From assembly GCA_030704615.1 (NCBI GenBank), contig CM060733.1, positions 35,402,001 to 35,466,000 of the forward strand: a DNA stretch of 64,000 bases, in the 5' to 3' direction. The notes beneath the pieces are model-generated. The model searched no databases, was not told the DNA's origin, and saw nothing but the letters and a program-made list of their open reading frames with translations. The number at the start of each line of letters is the position of its first letter. The first letter of the stretch is position 1. The translations under genes were made by a program, and so were the position numbers. Positions 21,276 through 33,689 of this stretch are shown here, piece by piece. Origin of the DNA: Takakia lepidozioides. Its lineage: Eukaryota; Plantae; Bryophyta.

Positions 21276-22347
21276 TTGTTGCCCTGCTGCCCATTAACCA
21301 ATTAACAGCTCGGACCCCTGTTTCTCTGAAAGGGTGGTCTCTGTCCAATACCAATGGTGAAAAGTGGTCCTTCGCCTGGCGCCATGCTTCAGCATAAAGT
21401 GGCCTATTTATATATGCTGAAGTGCCTGTGACTCTCTCTGGTGGCTGGAATTTGGGTAATTCCCAGTGAGTATCTTTTTCAATACTCTCATAGCGCTGCC
21501 AGTTTCCCCTCATTGTCACGAACATGCGGTACAAGTAACTGCCAATATAAAAACTTGGGCATCCCATCACAATGGTTACTGCCGAGGTAGGATTAATCTT
21601 CAATTGCCCCACTGCCCACATGTAAGCTACCAGCTCCTTGTATTCCAGAGGAGCTTGGCGCCAGAATTCAACCAATTCTGCCCCTAACCATGTCTCCTCC
21701 TTAGCCAGTGGTCTCATCCTATATCTCAGAGGAATAAGAGTTTGATTGAGAAGATGCAATTGACCCAATGATTTGCAGTGAGTTAAGGTTTGAAAACCTT
21801 CTCCAGTATTTTCTGGGATTTGGTGGGCTGGTACTACCATCATTTTAAAGTATTCATCTGAATACTTTAACCACTCCCCATCCTGCTTGCATGGCATGAT
21901 TTGGAAATCATCCACTGCTACTGAAGTTGATGCTACCAGGACACTTGGTAGTGTTACAGGGTTTACCTCTTGAGTAGATAGCCCTGTTGTGGCCTGTACC
22001 AGTGTCTGTTGGTTTGGTGGTGGTTGTGTTGCTGGTGGTGTTTGTGTTGGTGTTGTTGTTGTTGATTGTATTGGTGTCTCTCGTTCGTGATCTTGCTCCT
22101 CTTGATCCTCTTCGTCCATGAGTTCCTCTTGTTCTGGAATTGGTGGCAGGAACTCCTCATGAATGTCTGTCACCAATTTCGCCAACTGGCACTTCATCTG
22201 CCTCACCATTGCCCTGTTGAGTTTCTTCATCTCCAATTCACTCCCTTCATTCAACCAGGCTCTGGCTAAGGCCGCGTCTGCTGCATCCAACCCCGCTTGC
22301 AGTGTCAGCTTCTCCAGCTGCTGCTTCCATTCTTGTTCATTGCCCAT
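21276..22347 (-). pseudogene. 5' part of the interrupted ORF (~445 aa when rejoined); unknown protein, probably a retroelement accessory ORF
   Basis: The long open frame MGNEQEWKQQ... continues in frame into 4773-4499 across the TSD and is followed by a PPT-like tract. Confidence 0.7.
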
Positions 22348-22389
22348 GGCAATGTCTCTTTCTGTGGTGGCGGTATACAGCCTCTGAAG

Positions 22390-23290
22390 TGCACTACCTT
22401 GACAAGGTGAAAGAACTCATGTCATTCCAGAAGGTAAACTCTCAGGAGGTTAGAAGGGACATGCTCGTATCTGGAGGGCGTCTGGACATCCCTCTGTGCC
22501 AGATGATATCTATGCCTGTTGTGCGTCCACCTCTTTCCCATGACATAACAAAATTGGAGAGTGATTTTGTGCATGGATATAGACTTGGTGCACAAGTTTT
22601 TTATGTGTCACTGACGGATATAAATGGGAAAAGCACATTAGTGTCTCCAGAGATCAGTGATAACAGGGATGAGTGCTGGAAAGATGCCAATGAGGAGTTC
22701 GAGCTGGGCCTCTTGATGGGAAAGAACACCCAGCAATTCTGCAACCACATGTTCTACGTCTGGGACGGCAACCACCGATTGCTAGCATGGATGGGATACA
22801 TTCAGAAACACCATGCGAAAGACAAAGACAAGCATGTTGTTGTGGAGGCAATGGTTTTGGATCCTGGAAATGACATCGCTAGGCTTCTTACAGCTATGCA
22901 CGACGTGAACAAGTAAGTCATCCAGGAGATTTCATTCCCTCTGTAGTGTCTTATTAATCCCCAAAAAACAGTGTTAAGGATTGCAATGTTTCCAATGTTT
23001 TTGCAGATCGACAGAGAAATCGCATGTGACAACAAGCTTGGTCCACACACTATTCCGAATTCAGAGGATTGGTCTGATGAAGCTGGATGATTTTCGGACA
23101 ATACTCCCACCCAATATAATCAAGAAGTGCGAAACAAGAAGAGCTGCAGGCACTTGGTATTCTTTGATCTAAGATTCTGACACCAAACCATAGGCAATGA
23201 TAGGATGACCTAAATTTGACATAGGCAGAATATTTTTTGAAAGAGAGCTTCCAAGCCACTAGAGAACTCACAGGAGTGAGTTGGGATAGT
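22390..23290 (+). pseudogene. ParB-domain gene fragment, homologue of 7989-12931 (family B)
   Basis: IPLCQMISMPVVRP...GYRLGAQVFYVS...MFYVWDGNHRLLAW...AMHDVNK has the same intron position as family A, then STEKSHVTTSLVHTLFRI...GTWY; stop codons follow. Confidence 0.85.
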
Positions 23291-23357
23291 GCCCTTGCAA
23301 AGTCCATATAAACTGTCAGTTGCCCCAATGCTTGTATTGCCTGCAGAATGACATTTT

Positions 23358-23860
23358 GGAAGCTCAAACAGTGTGCTGCAACACACACTATTTTGAGCCC
23401 CCTCTCTGCTTGTTTTTTAATGTGAAAATCGGGCCCCTAAGGCTACTCTGGCAGGTTGAATCCACCCCGAATTGGAAGCTCAAACAGTGTGTGGCAACGC
23501 ACACTATTTCAGCCCCCTTACTTGTTTGTTTTTTGATGTGAAAATCGGGCACATAGGGCCACTTTGGCAGGTTGAATCCACCCGTTATTGAAAGCTCAAA
23601 CAGTGTGCGCCAACGCACACTGTTCGAGCCCCCTTACTTGCTTGTTTTTTGATGTGAAAATCGGGCACATAGGGCCACTCTGGCAAGTTGAAACCACCCC
23701 TTATTGGAAGCTCAAACAGTGTGCGCCAACGCACACTATTTGAGCCCCCCTTTGTGATTCATTTTTGTTGTGAAAATAGGCCACATAGGGCCACTCTGGC
23801 AGGTTGAATCCAACCCTTATTGAAAGCTCAAACAGTGTGCGGCAATGCATACTGTTTTGA
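23358..23860. repeat. Tandem repeat, 116-bp unit, ~4.3 copies, each containing a ~36-bp palindrome
   Basis: Units start at 23358, 23474, 23590, 23706 and 23822. Each contains GCTCAAACAGTGTGCG-ccaa-CGCACACTATTTGAGC or a variant. Confidence 0.9.
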
Positions 23861-26171
23861 GATGGGGGCGAGCAAGTCCTTTCTAGAAAGCCGTATTCTG
23901 TGTGCATCGGATTCGGTTGGAGGAAAATTGGAGGGACCAGCTTTGGACATTGTTATGGACCATTTCTCGACTTTGACTTCTCCAAACATTAGGAATCAGG
24001 TGAACGCTTTAAGAATGGGCTCTGGGAGCCGAGGTTATATGGACAATATTATGGATTTGAAGAAAATGAGCATGTACGACTACATCCAAGACAGCGTTTT
24101 CCCGAGACAAGGAGCCAAGAAAGTATTCATGTTCAAAATGTCCACAAAAGGTGAGGGCAGCGGAGTCAGCCTGGTTAAACGTATGCAGAAGGGTGGCGAT
24201 CTTGGCAACTGCTTCTTTATGTTCGATCACGTCAAGAGGATTAAAGACTGGACCACAATGGCATGTCATGTTTACGACCCTGTGTACCAGCGTGTCATGA
24301 CAATTGCAGTGTGTGACATGCAGTTAGAGGACACAGATTCACAGCAGCTCATGTGGGAAGCTCTCATTCGTTTTATAACCTCTAATGGTCTCCCATCTCC
24401 CAACTTGTTGGTTTCATGGCCGACAATGCTCAAGCTAACTTCAACGCTGTCCGCATTGTGTTCGGGACGGGAGATCCAAAAGTACCAATGTCTGGAAGAG
24501 AACGTACGTGTCTTTTCCATTGGACACAATCCCTGGACAAACACACAAAGGCAGACATCAAGCCAGATATGCAGAGTATGCATCGTCAACTGTGCAAACA
24601 ATACAAAGATGCCAAAACTATGGGGGAAGCGAATACATTGTTCCAGACAATTCGTGCCTGGTGGTACTCATCTGGAGCGGCATCGGAGGACAACATGAGG
24701 GCACTGGAAGACTGGTTCACATTTGGCACTTCCGTTACTGACAGTGGGGAGCGGCCATGACAACGGTGAGCGGTTTGCATTCACCTTCCTTTGGGTGCTT
24801 CGGATATATCTTTCAGGGTCCCATCCTAATATCGGCTTTGTGTTTTTTTTGCCTTGCAGCATATGTCCATTGAGGAGATGGCAGATATGCCTTCTTGCAA
24901 TCTAGCGGAGATAGTGCACAATGCCTGGTTGCAGCAATCCAGCAAAAAAGGAAGAGATTTGTATGCGGCCACTGCCGATGACCTTATCCGTGCTCTGCAG
25001 CAGCAAACCAGATACAGGTCATTCTTGAGGGGTGGCCTTGGTGGCAAAGGCCCGGACAGGAGCGAGTTGATGTTGCGGGCAACCAGAAGATCGGGGGATC
25101 CCAGCAAAATAGCGCGGGCAGTGAGCATATGTGCAGATGGCCCCCTCTCGTGGGAAGAGTTCCCCATCTGGAAGGCGAAGAAAGATTCGGGTCTTGCAAA
25201 CGGAAATTGGACACCCCTCCCGGATCGGATGCAGATTCCCATAGGGCGGACAGGGTGAACTTCTCAACGCCACATGTTCCCTTGGATCAGAGATGGAATT
25301 GCGGAACATCCACAGGTGAGGGCCATTCAGCCCCAGACCGGACCCCTGCATCAAGCACTGTCACTGCAATGGTTGAAGACCAGAACATGGTGCCGCATGT
25401 AATGTAGTCCATGTGCTTGGACAAGGTTTGGCATATAGAACGCACAAGTGCTGGATCGCATGTGAAATGCGCAGCGATCAGGACCACCAATCATGAAAAA
25501 TGTACATCATTAATATCCAGAGGGAAAGAACGCACTGCAGCTCCTACATTCACTGGTTTGTTTTTCCCTTATGGACAAGGAGAGGCAAAGAACCACAAGT
25601 TCTGGTTCTGCGTTGACGATTGCAGGAGATGTGTGCATAGGGCAGTGAGGCCCTCCGTGGTGAGGAAGCCTACTCCACCAACCGTGTGGCCTGTGAAGAT
25701 GGGCACAGGTCTCACTCACCAAGAGATCGCAATGCTGGGAGAGGCGGGTTTCTCCGTAGCCAGACATTCCATTGCACGTGGAGGTGCTTCAAGTACAAGC
25801 GGTTCACGGGTACCTCTGCCTGACGCTCACTTGTGGCCAACCAGACAGAATGGGAAGCTAGTTTGACGATTCCCTCCAACCGCAGAACACTACGGCGTCG
25901 GGTCTTCACCATGATCTCATCCGCATCTGCGCTGCAGGACAAGACGTACAACATCACTATTTCCAATTTTCCCAATTGTACCTGTCCTGATTTTGTTAGT
26001 ATGCTTTCAAGTGGTTTGGGAAAGAGAGGGAAGTTCATACCGTGCAAACACTTTTACTTCGTCTTCTTGAGGAGGATGGTTTGTGATCCAAAGTGTGACT
26101 TCTTCATTCACCAAGCCACTATGAGTTTCAACGAAGTCAACACACTTCTACAGTGGGATACAAACCCATAG
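23860..26171 (+). pseudogene. Degenerate MULE transposase (family B), homologous to 15656-19265
   Basis: Motifs FMFDHVKRI, FMADNAQANF, ERTCLFHW, CNLAEIVH and SWIM CTCPDF...CKH are present. There are several frameshifts or stops and the 5' end is missing. Confidence 0.9.
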
Positions 26172-26375
26172 ACAACATGCACTTGACATGAAGAAATCTG
26201 TGTTTTCCTTGACTACAACTTGTAATGGAATGACTGTTCAAGTCCAGTGTCTCTCAATGCATACCGTCTAACATCTTCGCTATGTGTGGGTCAACGCATT
26301 TGTCGCATTGGTTTGTCATTCTGTTTTCATTAGCAAACACAAGAAACTACCTTCAGATAGACAGATGATCAAATC

Positions 26376-26607
26376 AACCTCGTGTTAACACGAGGTTCAC
26401 TTGAAGTTCTCCAAATCCACCTTGTGTCGACACAAGGTTGATTTTAGTTCTAAGAAAACAACATCGTGTCAACACAAGGTTGATTTGGAGATGTTCAAAT
26501 CAACCTCGTGTTGACACGATGTTGATTTTTGTTCCAGGAAACAACCTCGTGTTAACACAACGTTCCTTTCAGTTCTAGGAAATGAAGCTCCTGTTCACAA
26601 AAGGTTG
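26376..26607. repeat. Array of six copies of a different 22-bp palindrome (AACCTCGTGTYRACACGAGGTT) at ~42-bp period
   Basis: Copies start at 26376, 26418, 26460, 26502, 26543 and 26585. The central dinucleotide varies among TA, CG, CA and TG. Confidence 0.85.
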
Positions 26608-26669
26608 AATTCCAGGAAAGCCCGAAACCCTTCATCCGTTTCACCTTCATGTGGTGAAAGCAGTTGTAG

Positions 26670-26745
26670 GCTCCATGGTTATAGGCCCACCTTCTTTGTG
26701 GTGACGTGGCATGACCTGGACCAGGCTCACACCACGTCAGCTTCT
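26670..26745. repeat. Truncated TIR-like end of family B
   Basis: ccatggttataggccc...gtgacgtggcatga...gctcacaccacgtcagc resembles the right-end motifs at 41222-41480. Confidence 0.5.
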
Positions 26746-26756
26746 TGTTTTCTGCC

Positions 26757-27031
26757 TTCCTGAGGTCCAGTTCCGCCCCTGTAAGCCTTCACGGCCCATA
26801 GCAAGGTTACTTTTCCTTTGTGTTTTAATTTAAAATATACCTACGCTGCTAATCCAGGTAATTATTTTCAGGAGGATGGATGTGGGGCGAGCAGCTGCTG
26901 CTCCTGGAGAAGGCAAACTAGACATTCTGTTGCTCTGCTCCCAAATTGGACTTACCACAGCTCCACTTCTCACATTGAGTAGTTTTGAGAACTTGAAGCA
27001 ACTACCCAGTGCCATCGTGTTGTGGGTTTTG
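26757..27031 (+). repeat. ~275-bp segment duplicated in inverted orientation at 45481-45752; contains an LRR-like exon fragment
   Basis: It is nearly identical to the reverse complement of 45481-45752. The frame LLTLSSFENLKQLPSAI is LRR-like. Confidence 0.75.
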
Positions 27032-29989
27032 GGTGCCTCACAATGTTACAATTTGGAAAGAGACGGTACCCAAGTCCATTGGATTGTTGTCAGAACTTGA
27101 AACGCTATGTTTGGCCAGCTCTTCTTTGAGGAAGTTAACGGGATTTCATTGGATAGTTGTCAAAGCTTAAGACCCTCACACTAGACAATTGTTTGTCTTG
27201 GGGAAGTACCGGACTCGAGAGGTAGGGAACTGCTCAAAACAAAAAAAAATCTTACTTAGGAAACGAATCTTCTCGGGAACCACAAAGAGTTAAGCTGCAG
27301 AGATGCTTGGTATCCTGGAGCAAAGGGATTTGCACATGGTCATAAATTGTAATTGATGTTATTCGGTGTCGACATCAAAGAAGTTGATATATGTTGAATG
27401 CCTTGTTTGTATCTACATGTACATGTCCACAACTGGAGCCAGTTTCAGGCAAAGTCATATTTTTAGATTGAGTTCTGAAGCAAGAAACTGTGCAGGGAGA
27501 CGAGGCATTGAATGGAAATCTCATAGCAAGTTTGATCAGTGATAACAATGAGAGTGTGGGTTCTAAGTAGAAGGGATGATTGTGGGGAGCTCATGTACGA
27601 CAAAGACAGCAGGGTCACCCAAGGTACTGTGTGTATTGTGTGCTGTCTTTGTCCGTAAATGGCACATTGATAACCAGAAGAGGCTAGATACCCTTGCATT
27701 ATTTAAGCTGGCCAAGAGCCCACGTGGACTTCTTTGTCTTCAGCCTTCTTCAGCGGATGCTGAGTAGTTCATTTGTCGAGTGAGTTGATTGCACAAGGCT
27801 AGTTCACTGGAGCCTCACCTCTACGGTAAATGTCTGCCCAATTACAAGTACATGTCTAGGTTCACTTTTGTCTTAACAAGTCCTCCCTTGAAACTTGAAA
27901 CGGAGGAAGGCAGCTGCTCAGCTCATGCCCGACTAATTTTGTCATTGAGTTTCCTTTTATTTTGAAATGAGTCAAGATTGAGGAGGGGTCTGGCTTGTGT
28001 ACATTTATCTCCAAAGCACGAGACAGGTGCAAGGCGATGGAAAACTTACAAGCCTGGGACCAGAGATGCCTACAACACCAAGCGTGAGGCTAACCACCCA
28101 ATGACTTGAGCTCTGACAGCAGCCAAATTTAACAGGTCTCAAGAACGCGTACTTGAAGAGCTTGGTGACATGATGATTAACCATGTCAGAGAAAAGATAC
28201 AAGCTAGAGACAGTGGAAAAATATTAAACATCCTATACAGGAATTATAAAATGACTTCGGACCTTGTTTCAAAGTCATCAACTAACAAAAAATGAGATAA
28301 GTGAAATAGAGCAAAGATATAAAAATAAAGTGAAGAGATATAAAAAAACTATCACTCAAAATATATTTATAATGCGTGGGTCTTTACCCGCTCGATAACC
28401 AAAAGTTGAGACGGACCGGCGGACGCTGGCGTTAACCGCAGCGGTCCACGGTTTGGACCGCTATGCGCGGATCTGCGCCCCGCCACGTGGCGGGGGCGTT
28501 TTTACCCAGCAGGCAATGCGTCTGCGAATTCCCTTAAAGGGGGGTATTCTTACCGTTAGCTATTAGATTCAATTTATACCCCTCTAAGGGTTAGGAGCCA
28601 TTATCTAAGGCGCCAGTAGTAGATAAAATCTAGGATTTTGGGAGGACGTAGCCTTGGAGGGGAGCGTTCTTAGGACTCCAAGAGGGAGCCAAGCGGGCCT
28701 GAGGGCAGTGAGCTAGAGGCGGAGACCTCGAGAGACAAGGGAGGAGAGAAAGTACTTTGTCCTAAAAACTCGGCTACAATGAGCCTTTGTGTCGAGCCCA
28801 AGGTAGAGGATGACTTTTTCCACGAAGGGAAAGCGCACCAACGCCTTAAAATAATGTAAGGGGGTGAAATCTGGCTTGGACCCACCAGTGGTTATTTTAT
28901 TATTTACGCATGCATGTTCTGGACTAACAAATGTAGTGGCAGGGATGAGCTCTCAGCGAGATTCATTCATCTGATAGGGCTATGGTAGTTCCCCGCGGTA
29001 GGGAACGGTTCTCGGGTGGTCCTCGGTTCTCATTGGGTTCCCATAGGGTTCCGAATGCATCTTTAGGCACCAAAGATATCTTTGGATTCCCCAGATGATT
29101 TCCCATAGGGGAGGTATTTTTTCTGAGTTCCTTAATTTCTTTTATTTTCCAGCATTTCTGATTTGCGAAATTGCTTAAATAGGATAGATGCACCTGGTGT
29201 TTGTTATAGCCTGCAGGGCGTTGATTAAACTGATTGAACTTGTTGAGTTGAGGGGCTTAGAACCACCTTATTGAATTGAGTGAACCTATTGGATGACGAT
29301 AGGCATTTTGGCCACTCCCGGTGCTATAACAAAGTATTTAGGCACTGGGGTAGGAAGTGTTGGCTCTTCCACTTAGAGGTGACTTGAACTCAAGCCCTCG
29401 GCGAAGGAGGGGCAGTGAGAGAGGACGATTTTTCCCTCTCCTTCCTAGGCTCGGCAGGTGCCTTGCGAAGGGATTAAAACATGTCCCGGCTATAGGCGGC
29501 TCGGGGGCAGTAGGAATTAGACAATAAAACACAAAGACTTGGAAGGCAATTACTGAGTAGACTGTAGGATACCGTATGACTTAGAAACGCAAACTCGCCC
29601 TGTGAAGAGGAGTACGTGATTTCTCGTTGCCGGTAGGACTTAGATACTGATCATAGCCACCATATACGACCACAGACCCCCTGCACTAACCGTAGTCGGG
29701 TAGGCGGTTCAGTGAGCCCAACCTACACCGCAACTTACCTCGGCCCCTCTAGACTACTATGCCGTCACCCTGACCACGCGCGCTCAGGGCTCGTCAGTTG
29801 TATGAGTGTAATTTTGATTCCGATTGTCTTGAGTGGTTATATGGTAGGGAAGAAACCGTGAATATGATTCATGCGGAAGGAAAGACCATTACAAGTATGG
29901 AACTACCATTTTCAGAGAGAGGGATTTTGCTAGAGTTGTTCACAATCAACTCTGACCGAGATAGCATGGATAATAGCACTCTCCCTCAG

Positions 29990-32280
29990 GGGGGCTGTTA
30001 TTTCATGAGCGGCATGAGCATGAGCGAAAAACATGAGCGGACCATTGTGTGTCCACGGAAATAGGGTTAGGAGGCACGGAAATAGGTTCACGTGAAGTTG
30101 GAATGTGGCACCAGTGGACTCGTCATAGCAATGAAATGCAACATTTTATTGCAAAATTTTGTGGCAAGCCACATCTATACAAGTGTGTCCTAATTGTCAT
30201 AGCCGGAATGGGCACTACTTTCCTACACCCTCCGAGGAACTTGCCCCACCTTCTTCCTCATCCCCCTCATCCTCCCCATCCTCCGAGCTCTGTGATGCAT
30301 GAGTTCCACTATGCCTCTAAAAAATTCCGTCTTCTCCTTGGGGGACTGTCCACCTCACCTCCTGGGAATTCTTCTGCCTCTTCTTCCCCACTTTCCTCAG
30401 CAGAATCCAAGACAAATCTACGAGCCTGACGGGCTCTAATAGCTGCTGCCTCCTCCCTCATCTTTATTTTCTTGAGGCTTGCCTCGTCTAAAATATGTTG
30501 TACACGACTAGGTTCGGAAGACCTCCTAATGGACACCGAAACAAGCCGGGCAGCATAAGTAAAAATGATGTAGTCCCTTTCTGGACTAGGCATGAAATCC
30601 CCCCTGGCAAAGAAAGGCACGTTCTTCCTGCCCATGAACTGTGGTGTACACGTCCTTCCTGCAGTACTTGACATCCTATAGTAAGAACAAATCCACTTCA
30701 AGAATGTCAATACCAGCAGAAGCAGAAATGATCTTTCAATGAAATAAGAGAGCGAAGGGAGGTGCCTCACGAAATCAGGAGGCAACTTACAATGCGACCA
30801 CTCACTCGTAAACCGGGGGCTCCTTGGCCTCGATCCCAACTTGTACCTCCCCCTGCTCCTTCTCGGATTCTTCCTCATCCTCCGAGGATGCCTCTTCCTC
30901 TTTCGGCAGACGTTCAGCCGCTGCAAGTTCCGAGTTGTGGAGGGCAGTTTCTGGCTCGAAGGCGAACACATGCATGTCGGACAACATCCCTGCCCACATT
31001 GAAGCACCCGAGGGACAAAGCGGGCGGTTAGTAGCATGCGGCATGCAATTGCAATCGGGCCAGGGGACAAACTGAGCACGTGAAGGCTTACCCGTGCCGC
31101 ATGTGAGGTCAAGAATCGCCCTTGGACATCCGAGCACGTCTCCATGAGGGTTTGGATGAAAGCAGGGCTCCGGGTCCGGCTGTACTGCCACGGTTTGCCT
31201 GTCTTTGTATCCTTCGGCATACTGGAGTGGGGCACATAGTTGTAGAGGACATCGTAGGTTACAGGGTCCACAACGGCATCAACAAGATGACCATCGTTGC
31301 GGAATTTGAACGTAGACCCTCTCTTCACAAAACAATATGCCTCAAACACCAATGTCTGCACATCCAACAAAAGAGGGATCAACTCCGGGGTCTAGTTTAG
31401 ATACACCACAATAAGAAGTGAATGCAATAGATTGATAACTTACACTTTGGCCCTCTGTTTGCAACCCCTGTGTATTGATGCAGAACCATTTTTTGAGGAG
31501 GACCGGGGTGACACTTTTCGGTGTCCACCTTGCCACAACATTCTCTGTGGTCTTCCCTCTTGTGGCAAGGACCACCATACATCCACCGTCATCCAGGAGC
31601 ATCCCTGCCAGCCCAAACCCGGCTCTCCAATAGTCCTCACTAAACCTGTTCCAGGTGGGCACACCTTCCAGGCCCTCCAGCAGCTCCCCATCTGCAATAT
31701 CGAGGAGAATCATATCACAGGCTCTCTCCACCGCAAACCCCCCCCCCCCCGAGTGCTCTTGCAATCCGTGCTCACAGCCGTGAAGAATTCCATCATGGCT
31801 TCCAAACCAGGGGTGTCTTTAGGCTTTGTACCGGCAACCCTCTTCTTGGCTTTCTCCTTCAGCTCCTCCAAAGACTTGCTGTGTGTCACCTTCTTCACCC
31901 TGGCAGCCAGAGCGTCAAGGAAGCTCTCATTGATGCATTGGATGATGGTTGGGGGTTCTAGCTTTGGCCTCTGCGTAAACGTCACCGCCGAATACCGCCA
32001 TGTAGACTCGCCCTCAAATGCCAACTTCTTGGCAGAGCCAGTCCCAGTCCGAATTGACTTGGGAACCCGGACGACCGGTGACTTGGTAGCAGCAGCAACA
32101 GTCGCAAGACCTTGAACAAAGTTGTCGTCGGAGTCACTCCCTTGGGGCCCCTCCTGCGCCTCTTCTGGTGCCCCGGTGGTTTTCTGTTTTTTGGGGGTTA
32201 CTGTACTCCCCTGTTTCCGTGTCCTTTCCTTTAGTCCTTTATTCTTCTCATTCAATTTCTCTTGAATACATACTATCGCA
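29990..32280 (-). mobile_element. Truncated family-A-related MULE: left TIR plus degenerate methyltransferase half of the accessory gene (30309-32280)
   Basis: The TIR is GGGGGCTGTTATTTCATGAGCGGCATGAGC at 29990. The gene remnant reads CDMILLDIADG, RTRSPAFIQTLMETC, ILDLTCGTG|ASMWAG and RKNVPFFARGDF, with the same intron positions as 7989-10341. Frameshifts occur at ~31745 and ~31130. Confidence 0.88.
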
Positions 32281-33689
32281 GGAGACAGAGATGACGGAGA
32301 CTCATTGCAGGATGACGAAGTGGACGAAGAAGATGATGACGAATGACACGACAATGATCAGGATGAGGAAATGGAGGAGAAACAAGAACAGGACGATGAG
32401 GAGGAGAAAGACGAAGATGAGAACATGGAAATCTCATCGAAGACCAGGGGCAGATGCGACTAATGTGGGAAAGGGAAAGAGAGGGCTAGGAAATTTCCCG
32501 TTTGGATAAACTAGGTAGTACTCCAAATACCCAAGAACGCGTTGCGCCACAAAATATACACAATTTGGACAGCTCTTCCTCCAGTTCCGATAACACCATG
32601 AATCAAAATCCGGCTTCTCCAGGGTGCCAAGAAGCGACATCAACGGAGTTGGTTGAAACTTTCAGTCAAGGGTTCACACCTGTGGAAGGTGACGAGCCAT
32701 TGATTATATCACCAGATCCCGTTAACAATCCTCGAGAGCTGGTGTCCCAGATTGTCACCCAGGAAGTGGTTCTGGATGTAGGTAATGAATGACAATTAGT
32801 GAATTTTTATTCGTACACACTTCTGAATACAATATAACAATATTGTAATTATACATACTTGTGAGTGGCATAATCCGAATATTTTTTCCATATCCTTTGT
32901 TCTGGACTTTCGAATAAAACATATTTCCACCCGGATACATATTTCCATTCGCACACCTTTGTGGACAACCACTAACCGATTTGGATAACTTTTCTTGTAG
33001 ATCCAAGAATTCTATTCGGAGGAAATGACACACACACACAAAAATGCTCAAAGGAGACTCAAACGATGAAGAGACACGTGGACCTGACAGTGAGGGCCAG
33101 GTCACCTGAGCCGGTTCCGCAAGTAACCTCCACTGTCCAGTCGACGTTGCCATCTGTAGGGATTGAGTCGGAGAATCCTCCTACTCGCGGGGAGGGAGAA
33201 GAGACAGAGCACCCAACAACAGATCCCGATTTGGGTAAAACATTGGCTTTATTCTTATTATTCTTATTATTGGTCTTTGAGTCTCATCTTCAGTATTGCT
33301 CAATTCGGTAATTTTGTGGGATCAATTTAGACCACCATAATCCTCATCCGTGGGATTCTTTAATTTCCTGTAGATTCGTGAGACGACGTCTAAGGAGATC
33401 AAACACACACGGACCGACTCCAACGAGACTGAGACGGTGAATAGAAAAGTGGATCAACCAATCACTGTCGCTCTATCTGAGCTGGTCCAACAAGTAACCT
33501 CCACTGGACAGTCGAGGTTGCCATCTGGTGCCACAGAGAAGGAGGATAATGTTTCCCGTAGAGATGGAAAAGATGAGGAGCAGCTTGCCCAGGGATCTCA
33601 GTAGCCCCCCCAAAAAAACGGTAATGCTTTCAATTCCATTTTTCTGTTTCTCAACTTGAAATTAATAATGAATTCTTTTGTTTTTCCAC

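Noticed and set aside
28370-29800. Possible LTR or solo LTR
   Set aside because: The composition is suggestive, but I could not fix TG...CA termini, a TSD, a PBS or a PPT.
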